DNA of 64,000 bases from the human T2T-CHM13v2.0 reference genome, Homo sapiens. The notes beneath the pieces were generated by a model. That model had not been told where the DNA came from. It ran no database searches and worked only from the letters and a program-made list of their open reading frames with translations. The stretch is from assembly GCF_009914755.1 (NCBI RefSeq), contig NC_060931.1; one strand, written 5' to 3'. Each line of letters starts with the position of its first letter. Within the stretch, counting starts at the first letter, position 1. Positions 38,667-51,311 of this stretch are shown piece after piece. A program made the translations under genes and the position numbers.

Positions 38667-39932
38667 GCTGAGGGAGGCTGTGTAGCAGGCTGTGTACGGG
38701 AGGCATGTGAGAGAGGCTATGTATGGGAGGTTCATGAGGGAGACTGTGTGAGGGAGGCTGGGTGAAGGAGGCTGTCATGGAGGCTGTGTGAGGGAGGCTG
38801 TCTGGGAGGCATATGAGGGAGGCTGTGTGGGAGGCTGTTTGGGAGGCTTTGTGGTAGGCTGTGTGAGGGAAGCTGCATCAGGGAGGCTATGTTGGGGAGG
38901 CTGTGTCGGGGAGGCTGTGAGGGAAGCTGTGTGAGGGAGACTATGTGAAGGAGGCTGTCATGAAGGTTGTGTGAGGGAGGCTGTGTGAGGGAGGCATGTG
39001 AGGGAGGCTGTGTGGGAGGCTTTCTGGTAGGCTGCGTGAGGGAAGCTGCATCAGGGAGGCTGTGCTGGGGAGGCTGTGAGGGAGGCTGTGTGAGGGAGAC
39101 TATGTGAAGGAGGCTCTCATGAAGGTTGTGTGAGGGAGGCTGTGTGAGGCAGGCTGTTTCAGGGGGGCTGTCAGGGAGGCTGTGTGAGGGAGGCTGTGTG
39201 GGAGGCTGTGAAGGAGGCTGTGTGAGGGACGCATGTGAGGGAAGCCCGTGAGGGAGGCTGTGTGAGATAGGCTATGAGGGAGGCTGTGTGAGGGAGGCTG
39301 TGAAGGAGGCTGTGTGAGGTAGGCTATGTGAAGGAGGCATGTGAGAGAGGCTGTGTACCAGAGGCCCATGAGGGAGGCCATGTGGGAGACTTTGTGAGGG
39401 AAGCCCGTGAGGGAGGCTGTGTGAAGGAGGCTGTGTGAGGGAGGCTGTGTGAGGGAGGCTGTGTGAAGGAGGCTGTGTGAGGGAGGCTGTGTGAGGGAGG
39501 CTGTGTGGGAGGCTGTGTGAAGGAGGCTATGTGAAGGAGGCATGTGAGAGAGGCTGTGTACCAGAGGCCCATGAGGGAGGCCATGTGGGAGACTTTGTGA
39601 GGGAAGCCCGTGAGGGAGGCTGTGTGAAGGAGGCTATGCGAGGGAGGCTGTGTGAGGGAGGCTGTGTGAAGGAGGCTGTGTGAGGGAGGCTGTGTGAGGG
39701 AGGCTGTGTGAAGGAGGCTGTGTGAGGGAGGCATGTGAGAGAGGCTGTGTACCAGAGGCCCATGAGGGAGGCCATGTGGGAGACTTTGTGAGGAAGGCCC
39801 GTGAGGAAGGCTGTGTGAGGGAGGCTGTGTGAGGGAGGCATGTGAGGGGGGCGTGTAAGGGAAGCTGTGTATTGCAGGCCCATGAGGGAGGCTGTGTGGG
39901 AGACTGTATGAGTGAGGCTGTGTGAGGGAGGC
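38667..39932 (+). repeat. G-rich minisatellite, 14-bp unit GGGAGGCTGTGTGA, with higher-order cassettes
   Basis: About 1.26 kb, directly visible. Confidence 0.98.
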
Positions 39933-40334
39933 TCACCAACAAGCACACCTCTGAAGGATTCTGCCTGTGGGGCAGGCAGGAGGCCATGTCCTTGTGATGG
40001 CCGCAGTCACCACGTTCATGGCGGTGCTATTCACAATGGCCACATGTCTGTCAGCAGAGGAACACACAGGCAAATGGTGGCTCTCCACACCATCCATCTC
40101 AGACATCAATAACAGAATATTTTATGAATGTAATGGCCTGGTGGACACCCCAGAGGGACTTCAGAGCCATAATGAGCTCTTGGATTAAAATGACCAGGAA
40201 AAATGAACTTCAGATGAAATACTTGTTGTAGTTGAGTAAATTAACAAAATTTAATTAACTTTCAATACACAATGACACCGAACAATATCAAAAATATACA
40301 CTAAGATGATGAGAAAGATAAAAGCCTCTGTGCA

Positions 40335-40971
40335 TATTTGAAATGGCCACAACCTCTCTGACCCACACCTCATCTACCCGCACGTGCTCCATCCCCACCT
40401 CTGGAGTATGGGCAGGGCCTGTGACTGCTGGGCCGACATGAGGAGACAGAAGTGATGGCCCAGGTCTGGGCCCAGGCATTAGCATGACGGCAGTGTCCAC
40501 CTCCTTCTCACAGAATCCTTGCTCTAAGGGAGGCCAGACACCATGTGAGGCCCTTGGCCACCCAGAGACCACCATGTGAGGAGAAGCCCCTGCCAGCCAA
40601 GTGGACAGGCTGTCTGGAGGGAGCGAAGTCCCTGGCCAGCCCCAACTCTTCCAGCCACCCCACCCTAGAGGACAGAGAAGCAACTGACAAAGCTTCTAAG
40701 ACGTTCCAGCACCCGAAGCTGCAACTCAAGAGGAACCAAGAGCCAACAGGCATGAGCGAGGCTCCACAAGTGACCCCAGTGAAGCCACCCCTGACCCATC
40801 CGGCTACTTGAGCCGCCCCGGCAACCACAGGGCAGACACCAACCAGCCCTGCTGCACCCGCCTGGACACCTGGACGCCTGGATGCCTGGCTCACAGCACC
40901 GTGAGCATGATAGGTTTGTCGTTTGATGCCACTGGTGTTGGGGTTATGACACAACAAGAGAAAACCAGAAC
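40335..40971 (+). mobile_element. MLT1 (G/H-like) MaLR solo LTR
   Basis: agagaccaccatgtgaggagaagccc...gccactggtgttggggtt...aaccagaaca. Confidence 0.75.
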
Positions 40972-41599
40972 AGATTAAATCTGGGCTACAGAGTTTCTAC
41001 ATAGAGGGGCTGAGCGGCAGCCATCCATTTGCAAGAGGAGACGAAGGCAATGAGTTAGGATTCGGATGGGCGTGGTAGGCCCGCTGTTTTTCGGATGTGC
41101 ATGGTAGACCCTCTGTTTTGCCTACATGGCAGGCATTCACCGTCCTTGTGCAGGGATGACGGTGGCCAGTGGAGATCAAGGGAGGTGTCAAATCTCCCCA
41201 ACATAAATGTTCTTTGAGAAGACAGATGGTTGGTAAATGCAAAGCTAATTGCTCGTCAGGTTCCTGGCTTTTTATGTATGAGGTTCCCTTTGTTTCTCTT
41301 TCTCTGCTTGTTTTCCTGTTTGCTTTTGGCCCGTTACTGAAAAACAGATTGCTAAGTAATAAGCAGAAGAACATAAATATGTCTAATATTTTTCTTACAA
41401 ATATTTTTTAATCATCTCACTTGCATAGTTACTTTCCCAAAACACCTGTTAGCCTCTCACAGATCACTCCCCTCTGTGAAGCATGGTTTGGGAAATGCTG
41501 CACTTAAGTGGTCAGAGAAATTAAAGAGCCAGTAAGAAAGACATGGAGTGCTCCAGAGAGATGATGCTTAATGAGGAAGAAACTCAGAAATGCTTCAGA

Positions 41600-42400
41600 G
41601 AACAAAACCAAGGAGGATGTCACAGGAAGAACCAGGAGAACAGCACAGTAAGGACCAGAAAAATATCACAGTGAGGCCCTGGGGGACATCACACTTGAGA
41701 CCTTGGAAGAAAACATAGTAAGGGCCTACAAGGACATCACAGTAAGCCCAGGAGGACATCATAGCAAGGACCTAGGAGGATGTCATAGCAAGGACCTAGG
41801 AGGACGTCATAGCAAGGACCTAGGAGGACGTCATATCAAGGACCTAGGAGGACATCATAGCAAGGACCTTGAGGATGTCATAGCAAGGACCTAGGAGGAT
41901 GTCATAGCAAGGACCTAGGAGGATGTCATAGCAAGGACCTAGGAGGATGTCATAGAAAGGACCTAGGAGGATATCATAGAAAGGACCTAGGAGGATGTCA
42001 TAGCAAGGACCTAGGAGGACATCATAGCAAGGACCTTGAGGATGTCACAGCAAGGACCTAGGAGGATGTCAAAGAAAGGACCTAGGAGGACATCATAGAA
42101 AGGACCTAGGAGGACGTCATAGCAAAGACCTGGGAGGACGTCATAGCAAGGACCTAGGAGGATGTCAAAGAAAGGACCAAGGAGGACGTCATAGAAAGGA
42201 CCTAAGAGGATGTCATAGCAAAGACCTGGGAGGACGTCATAGCAAGGACCTAGGAGGACGTCATAGCAAGGACCTAGGAGGATGTCATAGAAAGGACCTA
42301 GGAGGACGTCATAGCAAGGACCTAGGAGGATGCAACAGTAAGGTCCTAAAAGGACAATGTGGTAAGGACTAGGAGAACATTGTAGGAAGGACTTACGCAG
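41600..42400 (+). repeat. 24-bp minisatellite GTCATAGCAAGGACCTAGGAGGA(T/C) with degenerate flanks
   Basis: Homogeneous core ~41750-42335; diverged units on both sides. Confidence 0.97.
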
Positions 42401-44064
42401 CAAAGAGTATGATGAGAAAAGAACAAAACAACAAACACATCACAATTAAGCACTATTGATCACTTAGTTCATGTCAGTGAACTATGTAAGCCCATTCCAT
42501 ACACCACTTCAAGGGACAATCATGGAATAACATTCCCAATTTACAGATAAGGCAAGGAAGACTTAGAGTATGGTTACACTTTAGTCTAGGCCCATAGGCC
42601 CTCCTAACCTTCAAGCCCCGGTGCTGAAGAAGGGGAAGGAGAGTGGCAGGAGGGGCTGATTTTCCAAAACAAAATGTGTGTGTGTGACAATTCTCTCTGG
42701 ATCTATAGAAAACATAAAGGGATGAGACAGGAGGATAAGGGTGCCTCCGGTGTGGCCTGCAAAGATGAGCTCCGACATAAATCACACAGTTTGGGGGAAG
42801 AGAGCACTTAAGTATCCTAATGCCAACAATGTGGGGAAAAGTGTCAATGCATTTGCTATTTACATTAATAATGTCCACTGATAAATTTCCTAGTGTTGTC
42901 ACAAAGAAAAGGATGTTTCTACAAATTTATCTTATTAGATTTCCATCGTAAATGCAAGCTTTACCCCTTTTTTCTCCTTCCCCATCTCATTTGTGCTTTG
43001 AATTATTTGAAATGTGTTCCATTATACTAACTTTTTTTTAATCTGATGCCTTCGCGGGCCTCTTTGCTTTCCATATTGAGTAGAAGTATTTTTAGCCTCC
43101 TAATGCTATTGATTTCATTACTTTTAATTTAATGATCTGTACTTGACATTTTTTGACCTTATGTTCAAAACCAAAATCTTCATTTGTTCACCTTAAAAAA
43201 AAAAAAAATCATAGCAGAGTTTTCTTTGATTATTGGCCAAATCATTTGACTGACGAAAAACCAGATGTCAGACACAAAGCTACTAAATATCAAATAGGTT
43301 ATCAAACAGGAGGAAAATGCAAAGATATGAAGGTTAATGCAATCCTATCTTTAGACAAACTCATTTTTCCCACCCTAGAGACAAAAATGTCAATCTAATA
43401 GTAGAAATACATCAAGAGTGTTTATTATCTGCCTGATCCTAGGGCTATATATAAAAGTAATTCTGTGACCTTGTAAAGTATCTTGACAACAGTAAATCAT
43501 TATGTTAGGAAGTAGAACTGCATTCTGTGTTGTTAATTATTGTATCCATTCAAGACAGCTTATCAAGAAATAGAGACAGAAACTCAAATAAAGCCTATGG
43601 GTCCCTCATGGGATGTCTATTTACCACGCACCTAAAGTTGTTAAGTTCGTGCCTTCTTGATGTAATATCAAACATACCTTATCCTTTCGGCAGCACTAAC
43701 TTTCAAAGAAACCAACAACCATAAAGATTTTTTAAAGTATTTTTTTATCTCTAGAAATAAAGATGAGGAGAGTCCACAAACAAATTCATTACTTTAGAAA
43801 AGACTTTCAAATAAAAATCTTTCCAGGAGTAGTAATTGCTATAAAGGTCAAGAAACTACATTGTGGGAAATTAGTAAATATGCAAAATATTGATTGAAGA
43901 AAATTGCATCAAATCTCCCAAGAATGTATTAAATCCTGGTAGAGTTTGAGTAACAATGACTGCTTTTCTACAATTATATTTGCAGAAAGTTAGAATTTCT
44001 AAGACGTGAAAATGACACCTTGCCATCAGTTTGCTTTTTATTTTCAAAGTGCTTCCTCATGAAA

Positions 44065-44165
44065 CAGGTGGTAATTGTATTAATAAAATTTAAACGATTA
44101 ATATTGTAGCGTGCTTGGAACAATATATGGCATATGGTAAGTGCTCAATAAATGTTAGTTATTTA
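44065..44165 (+). mobile_element. MIR 3' end
   Basis: gcttggaacaatatatggcatatggtaagtgctcaataaatgttagttatt. Confidence 0.75.
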
Positions 44166-45239
44166 CATGTATCTTTAAAATTTCAAATCCCTTCAAACAT
44201 ATTATCTCATTTGACCGTCAGGCGACCTCTCTGGGTTGGTGAAGTACTGGATGCATCCTTTTCACCCACATTTCTTAGTGTCTCTTCTGTGCCAGACCCA
44301 TGAGACATCACCCTGAGCAGTGGTCTCCTGAAAGATGACTGTGCAAAGAAACAATCACAGAAATAATGCAGCAAATGAAAGGCTTATTCTAGGAGGGGAA
44401 AGGGGATTCCTGTGACGGGCGACTGGTGAGGGCCCTTTCAATGACGACGCCATCTTCAAACAGACACAGAGCGAGCCGTAAGCACAGCAGGCAGCATCAC
44501 GGGATGCCGAGCTTTTAATGACGCCTTGTGTTGCACAGTGCGTGTGCCACGAGCTATGACATCTGCATTTTTGGGCCCTCCTTGGTGGGAGGGGGACCCA
44601 TGGGTGGCCTAAGAGCAGAAATAATGCCTGGTGCTACGGAAGCAGGCTGTGGGCAGGCGGGCCCTGACGCGCCATCAGCATTTCTTGGCATCACGACTTG
44701 CGTCTGAGGACCAGGTAGACATGGAACTTTGCAAATGAGGCGGCCCCGCTGATCCAGGGGCACAGGTCCTGCAAGACCTTGACAGATGTCTCCAGGATTT
44801 GTGTCCTCTCCGCCAGAAGGCAGAATGTCCAATTTATAACTGTAACCCGGACCCCCGCAAATACACATTCCAGTGCCAAAATGAATAAAGCTGAATGTAA
44901 GCGTTTTTATTTTTTCTATGACCAGAAAATGCTCACCACTTTTTCCCTATCCAGTTTTAGAGGCGATAAATGCCGTGCAGTTTCTAGGACTTGATTCTAT
45001 AGTGCCGTGTACTTCCTATTAATTAGTTCATTTATATTTGTCCTGCTCAGGCTAAATCATAAATAGTCATAAGAATCATAATATCCTCGGATAGCACCAG
45101 GCACTGTACTCAGCATAGACTTGAAGCTTAATTAACTCGAGCAAATTGGATGGAGAGCAGAGGAAAATGAGAAAGATGTGAAAATGATGGGAGAGAAGAC
45201 AAGAAGCTCCAGCCTCCTCCTGAAAGCTGGAGCGGGAGA

Positions 45240-45540
45240 GACGGCAGGAAACACAGGCTCGAGACGGAAGGCGGAAGGCGGAAGGCGGAAGGCGGAACTC
45301 AACCCAGGAGCCTCCCGCCGGAAGTTGTGAGATTTCTTTAATCAGAGTGGCTTCCCACAAATGTATTTCCTGCCTGATCCCGCTGTCTGTGTCCTTGCAG
45401 TGTGAGTGGCAGAATCCCTTGAAGAAGACCGAGCCAGTGACCTCGTTTCTGAAATAAAAGGCGGGAAGTGAGGGAGCCAGTGGTCACCGGGCAGCCAACC
45501 CAGAAGGAAAAATCTCCAAGAGTGGGAACAGGTGAGGGTA
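45240..45540 (+). promoter_or_regulatory. Candidate ETS-rich promoter/enhancer with a (CGGAAGG)n repeat
   Basis: Five CGGAA cores at 45265-45297, CCGGAAGT 45318-45325, GGCGGGAAGTG ~45460, donor-like CAG|GTGAGG at 45531. Confidence 0.5.
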
Positions 45541-45774
45541 GTGTTAAGGAACAGAGAGCAGGCCACATGCACTTCACGACGCCGTCAGCAATGACAGTGA
45601 CAACGTGTACTGTGCTGACCACACTCCATCGGGAACACAGGGCAACCTCCCTTGGTGGAAGGTGTCTACAGGGTCACACTCCCAAGCCCAAACAGGCGAC
45701 CGGGGATTCTCTCTGCTCGATTCTCCGCAACTCACCTCTACAGGAAGAACTTACATGGAGATATTCTTTGTTCT

Positions 45775-46112
<338 letters not shown>

Positions 46113-46312
46113 CTAACATATAATGTTCTTTTCATCTTTATTAGGGCTGGGATACCACTGAGTTCTCTTTATAGAGAATGTAGAATTCAAATAAGCAAGT
46201 ATTTCAACTAAACATAATTTGGGGGGCCTCCATTTTTATTAGAAAGAGGTTAGCCTCTGCTCAGCAAAGTGTGTTACCTATTGCATTTTTGTTTTTCTTT
46301 CTATCCGAGTTA

Positions 46313-46485
46313 ATCATCATCATCATGATAATTAGCATTTACCAAGTACGTTTGCCACATCTCGAGCTGCGAGCTGCCTGTGCCCATCTCATGGAGCCCT
46401 GGAGTTTTTATTCTCCCCACCTTCTATTCAGGCAAACTGAGGCTTCGAGGTTTGTCCCATTTATTTCCTTAGTGCCCAAGGGAGG
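46313..46485 (-). mobile_element. MIR
   Basis: ataattagcatttacc...aggcaaactgaggct. Confidence 0.6.
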
Positions 46486-46993
46486 ACTCTATCCCCATTG
46501 GCCAGCCCACCCCAAGCATACTTGGTTTGGGCGAACTCACAGACAAAATGAAATTTGCTTCCAGAATCATGACCCAGGCAAACTGCAAGATTCTCGGTAA
46601 CACGAGAAAGACAGGACTTTGCTCACTGGCTAGTGTTTCCTATCACAAAAATAACAGCAGAGTTCATACTTCTGACAAAGTTTTACAACTAAGGAAGAAA
46701 AAAAATCAGGTTCCTGGTTGGTCACCCCTCGGCTCCAGCAGATGTAGGGGCTGGAGCACTCCCTGTGTTTGGTTCAACAAGGCTGACGTCGGGCTCGTGT
46801 GCTGGGACTGGACTCCGCCGTCAGCTCCTTAGGACCTGGCAGCTTCTCCTCTTGGCTTTTTGTAAAAATTAGAGTAATTTAAATCTCCAATATGTTGTGG
46901 TAATCCATGAGTTTTTAAAGATGATTACACTAGTTTACTAGTTAAATCTTTACATTAAAAACTGTGTTTCCAGCTAAAGGAAGTTTTAATAGT

Positions 46994-47109
46994 TTCCTTT
47001 ATTAATTTCTTTATTAATAAAAGGTCTAGTTATTAATAACTTCCTTTATTAATTTCTTTATTAATAAAGGGTCTAGTTATTAATAACTTCCTTTATTAAT
47101 AACTAGATC
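46994..47109. repeat. AT-rich 47-bp tandem repeat built from palindromes
   Basis: Units start at 46994, 47041 and 47088; palindromes agttattaataact and ctttattaataaag. Confidence 0.93.
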
Positions 47110-47508
47110 CATTGCTCTTTTCCCCTCGAAATTCTGACTCCTAAGAACAAAGTAAGTATTATTCTAATTACCCGCTGTTGCTCTCAATTGCCATGTGGCA
47201 GGCCACACAAGTGGATTTTCAATTCACAGGCTGTTTGCTGATGCTAATTTTGTGTCCCAATTTCATCTCCATAGAATATTAATAATTCCATTTATGTTTC
47301 AGAATAGCTTTATAATTCTATTTTTTAGAAGCCCTAATATTACATATACTTTTGCAAAATCTAAACAAGAGATTGAAAGATGGTATAACTTAACTTTCTA
47401 GGAACTTTCTTGTCAGCACCATAAGAAAGGTAAAAAAATAAAAATAAAATGGAAATGCAGCTTACCTTGAAGTTATGGGGAAGACATAAGTACTAGGAAG
47501 GATACTCA

Positions 47509-47906
<398 letters not shown>

Positions 47907-48024
47907 TTAGATTTTAGATCTTCACAACAAACTTTAATTCCAATTTTGGTTTTAAGTTAAGTGCCTACCCTGGGCCAGGCACTTACAGGGGCCCAAGTAC
48001 ACATTGACGTCTAAAACAGGACAC

Positions 48025-48300
<276 letters not shown>

Positions 48301-48453
48301 TTATGAGGGAGATAAGCTAGAATCATTATCATTAACCTTGGATTATGCTAAAAATAGACTTCTTAAAGGGACTTTACAGATCATTCCGTCCAACAATTTT
48401 GAAAGTAAGCGTCATGAGACACTAGACTCCACAAATGTCAAAGGATACCATAG

Positions 48454-48492
48454 TCACTCACTCACTCACTCACTCACTCACTCACTCACTCA
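48454..48492 (+). repeat. (CACT)n microsatellite
   Basis: About 9 units. Confidence 0.95.
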
Positions 48493-48954
48493 AGAGAGGT
48501 CAGGGATCAACAAGCAAATAATTTTGAAAAATTCTGAGCTTAACCAAATTATACAGGTTTCTCTATTTCAGGACATTTAAAGACATTGTGATTCTCCAAG
48601 AGGAAGATAAAATGTTTGGCGTTTCCCAAGTCTATCTGATCATGAGACTCTTTTTCCACGGAACATCTTACAGGCTAATGTTGCAAAGAAGACATTTGGG
48701 AACCACTCCTCAGATCTGCTCCTTTACATTGAGAGTGAGGAAATAGGGACCAGGGATAATCGGCAGTCCCAGGATTGAAACTCAGGTCTCCACCTTCCCC
48801 CTCATCCTCCATGAATAGTCCACCTTCCTGAGTCCATTTGGCTCCCCTCTACTTTGTAATTAGCGCAGCCATGCTTGGCATAGCCCCTTTCAGGCTACAA
48901 TCCAGTGCCACACATGTACTCAGTAAGTAAGAAAACTCTTCTTTTCATTTTCAA

Positions 48955-49165
48955 ATAATGAAAACAGCTCATGTTCGCTGGGCATCTACTATGTGCCAGG
49001 CACTATACTAAACATTTCACCCACATTATCTCATTTAATGATCTCAACAAGCTACGAGAGGGGCCCTATTGTTATCCCCATTTCCCATTTGAGGAAATGG
49101 AGCCTTAAGATTGCTGGGCAGTTAGAAAGCTGTGGACAATACTCAAACCCAATCCAAGCACTCAG
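48955..49165 (-). mobile_element. MIR
   Basis: tactatgtgccaggcactatactaaac...atctcatttaat...attgttatccccattt...gaggaaatggag. Confidence 0.88.
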
Positions 49166-50295
49166 TCCCCACACACAAATGTGCGGCTGTCTCTCCCACT
49201 TACTGCTCAGTAAATGTTAATGATGACAGATGGTGAGTGACACAGGATAAAATATCAGGAAGAGGTGTTGCAAAACAGGGAAAAGATTGGCCACAGCTTA
49301 GAGACTGTCTTGGTTTTCCATTTAAGTGTGCTGTTGGGCCGAGCTAATCATTAAAAGACCTTGGTCTTATCCTGAATCTTGCATTTCTACCTGGCCGGGC
49401 TGCTCTTCCTCTGAAACTCTGCCAGTGGGAGGGTTCCACAGAGACTTTGGTCTCCTGTCCTTAATGCCTCTGATTTTTAAACTGAGGTCAAATTCTTCAA
49501 GGAAGTAAAGATTGCAAAATATTTCCCAGAAGAACGGTGATGACAGAAGCCAGGTGCCTTATGCCACATTTTGTCATTAAAAAGCCTTAGGTTTTTCTTT
49601 TAAGGATGACACTAATCAAAATTACTTATGAGATTGGAGTTCCTCTCTCATTCTTTGCTCACTATTCAAAAATGAAAAGAAGGGCTTTCTCACTTACTGA
49701 GCAATACTTATGAGCTGTAACTAGCACATACTCATATCAGCATGGAGACTTTCTGGGACATAAAAAGTGCATATGGAACTACCTCTTGCCTTTTGGGGGC
49801 TGATAGTTCATTTGCAGAGATACGACACCCTGAACATTTAAAAAATGCAGAATTTGAGGTGTGCCAGATTTCATAAGGTAAACTTTTATGGTAAATGTCA
49901 CATTTCTGAGTTAAAGTGAAGAACTTGTGTTCAAGTTGGGGAGACCATTGTGGGCTAGTGTGATTGGAGGCTTTCTCTTGATGGAAGCAAAACTGGAGAA
50001 GCTCTAGAAGGATGAACCTGAACAAAAGTGTTGAGGTGCTCTGTCACCACCCTTCAGACCCAGATGGTTTGTTCAGGGTAACAGGAATCAGACCATGCTG
50101 TGAGCCAACATCCATGAGGCTGTGGTTTTTTTCCTTGGCTTCCATTTTTGTGCCCCTCCAGCATGGGGGATCATTTTCTGTGAAGCAATGTGTGGGCTAC
50201 CTGAGTCCCCCAACACACAGGCAGCTCTTCAACATATATCATCTCCATTGCAGTGACAGCTAGTGTGAGAAGTTCCACTTTCTTTATCACTAAGA

Positions 50296-50636
50296 AAAAT
50301 GATGAGTTCATGTCCTTTGTAGGGACATGGATGAAGCTGGAAACCATCATTCTCAGCAAACTATCACAAGGACAAAAAACCAAACACCGCATGTTCTCAC
50401 TCATAGGTGGGAATTGAACAATGAGAACACATGGACACAGGAAGGGGAACATCACACACCGGGGCCGGTCGTGGGGTGTGGGGAGGGGGGAGGGATAGCA
50501 TTTGGAGATATACCTAATGTTAAATGACGAGTTAATGGGTGCAGCACACCAACATGGTACATGTATACATATGTAACTAACCTGCACGTTGTGCACATGT
50601 ACCCTAAAACTTAAAGTATAATAATAAAAAAAAAGA
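50296..50636 (+). mobile_element. Young L1PA (about PA4) 5'-truncated 3' end
   Basis: Near-consensus gatgagttcatgtcctttgtagggac...ccctaaaacttaaagtataataataaaaa; short aagaaa TSD. Confidence 0.96.
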
Positions 50637-50724
50637 AATCTCATCTTCAAATAAAAATAATCCCTGAAGTTAGAATAGTACTTTCCGTCTGCCAAAGGGA
50701 TTCCATATCTGTTTTTTCATATTT

Positions 50725-50850
50725 GCACGAAATTCCTCTAAGACAGGAAACACAAATATTATTATCACCATTTAGCAAGTAACAGGAAAAAAATGAGGCC
50801 CAGTGAATTTGTCCAAAGTCACAATACCAGACACAGAATCGAAACAAAAA
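50725..50850 (-). mobile_element. MIR fragment
   Basis: attattatcaccattt...atgaggcccagtgaatttgtccaaagtcaca. Confidence 0.6.
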
Positions 50851-50938
50851 TGAATGATCAATCAACCCCAGGGTGCAATGGGCAAAATGTGAATATAGAC
50901 TGAGTATGGGATGGTAATTGGGAATTTTGTTTGATGTA

Positions 50939-51311
50939 TGTATTAGTCCATTCTCATGCTGCTAATAAAGACATGCAAGACTGGGCAATTTGCGAAGGAA
51001 AGATGTCTAATTGACTCACGGTTCAGCATGGCTGGGAGGCCTGAGGAAACTCACAATCATGATGGAAGGGGAAGCAAACACATCCTTCTTCACACGGCAG
51101 CAGCAAGGAGAAGTACAGAGCGAAGGGGGAAAAGCCCCTTATAAAACCATCAGACCTCATGAGAACTCATTCACTATCATGAGAACAGCATGAGGGTATC
51201 CACCACCGTGATTCAATTACCTCCCACCAGGTCCCTCCCATGACATGGGAGGATTATGGGAACTACAATTCAAGATGACATTTGGGTAGGGACACAAAGC
51301 AAACCATATCA
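50939..51311 (-). mobile_element. THE1 (C-like) solo LTR, inserted in an old L1M 3' UTR
   Basis: tgtattagtccattctcatgctgc...gcaaaccatatca. Confidence 0.93.

Noticed and set aside
39100-39987. Mucin-like HTASLTQPPSHS ORFs
   Set aside because: Products of the 14-bp VNTR, appearing in all three frames.
41750-42335. Regular 24-bp repeats resembling a CRISPR array
   Set aside because: Units are head-to-tail with no unique spacers, there are no cas genes, and the DNA is primate.
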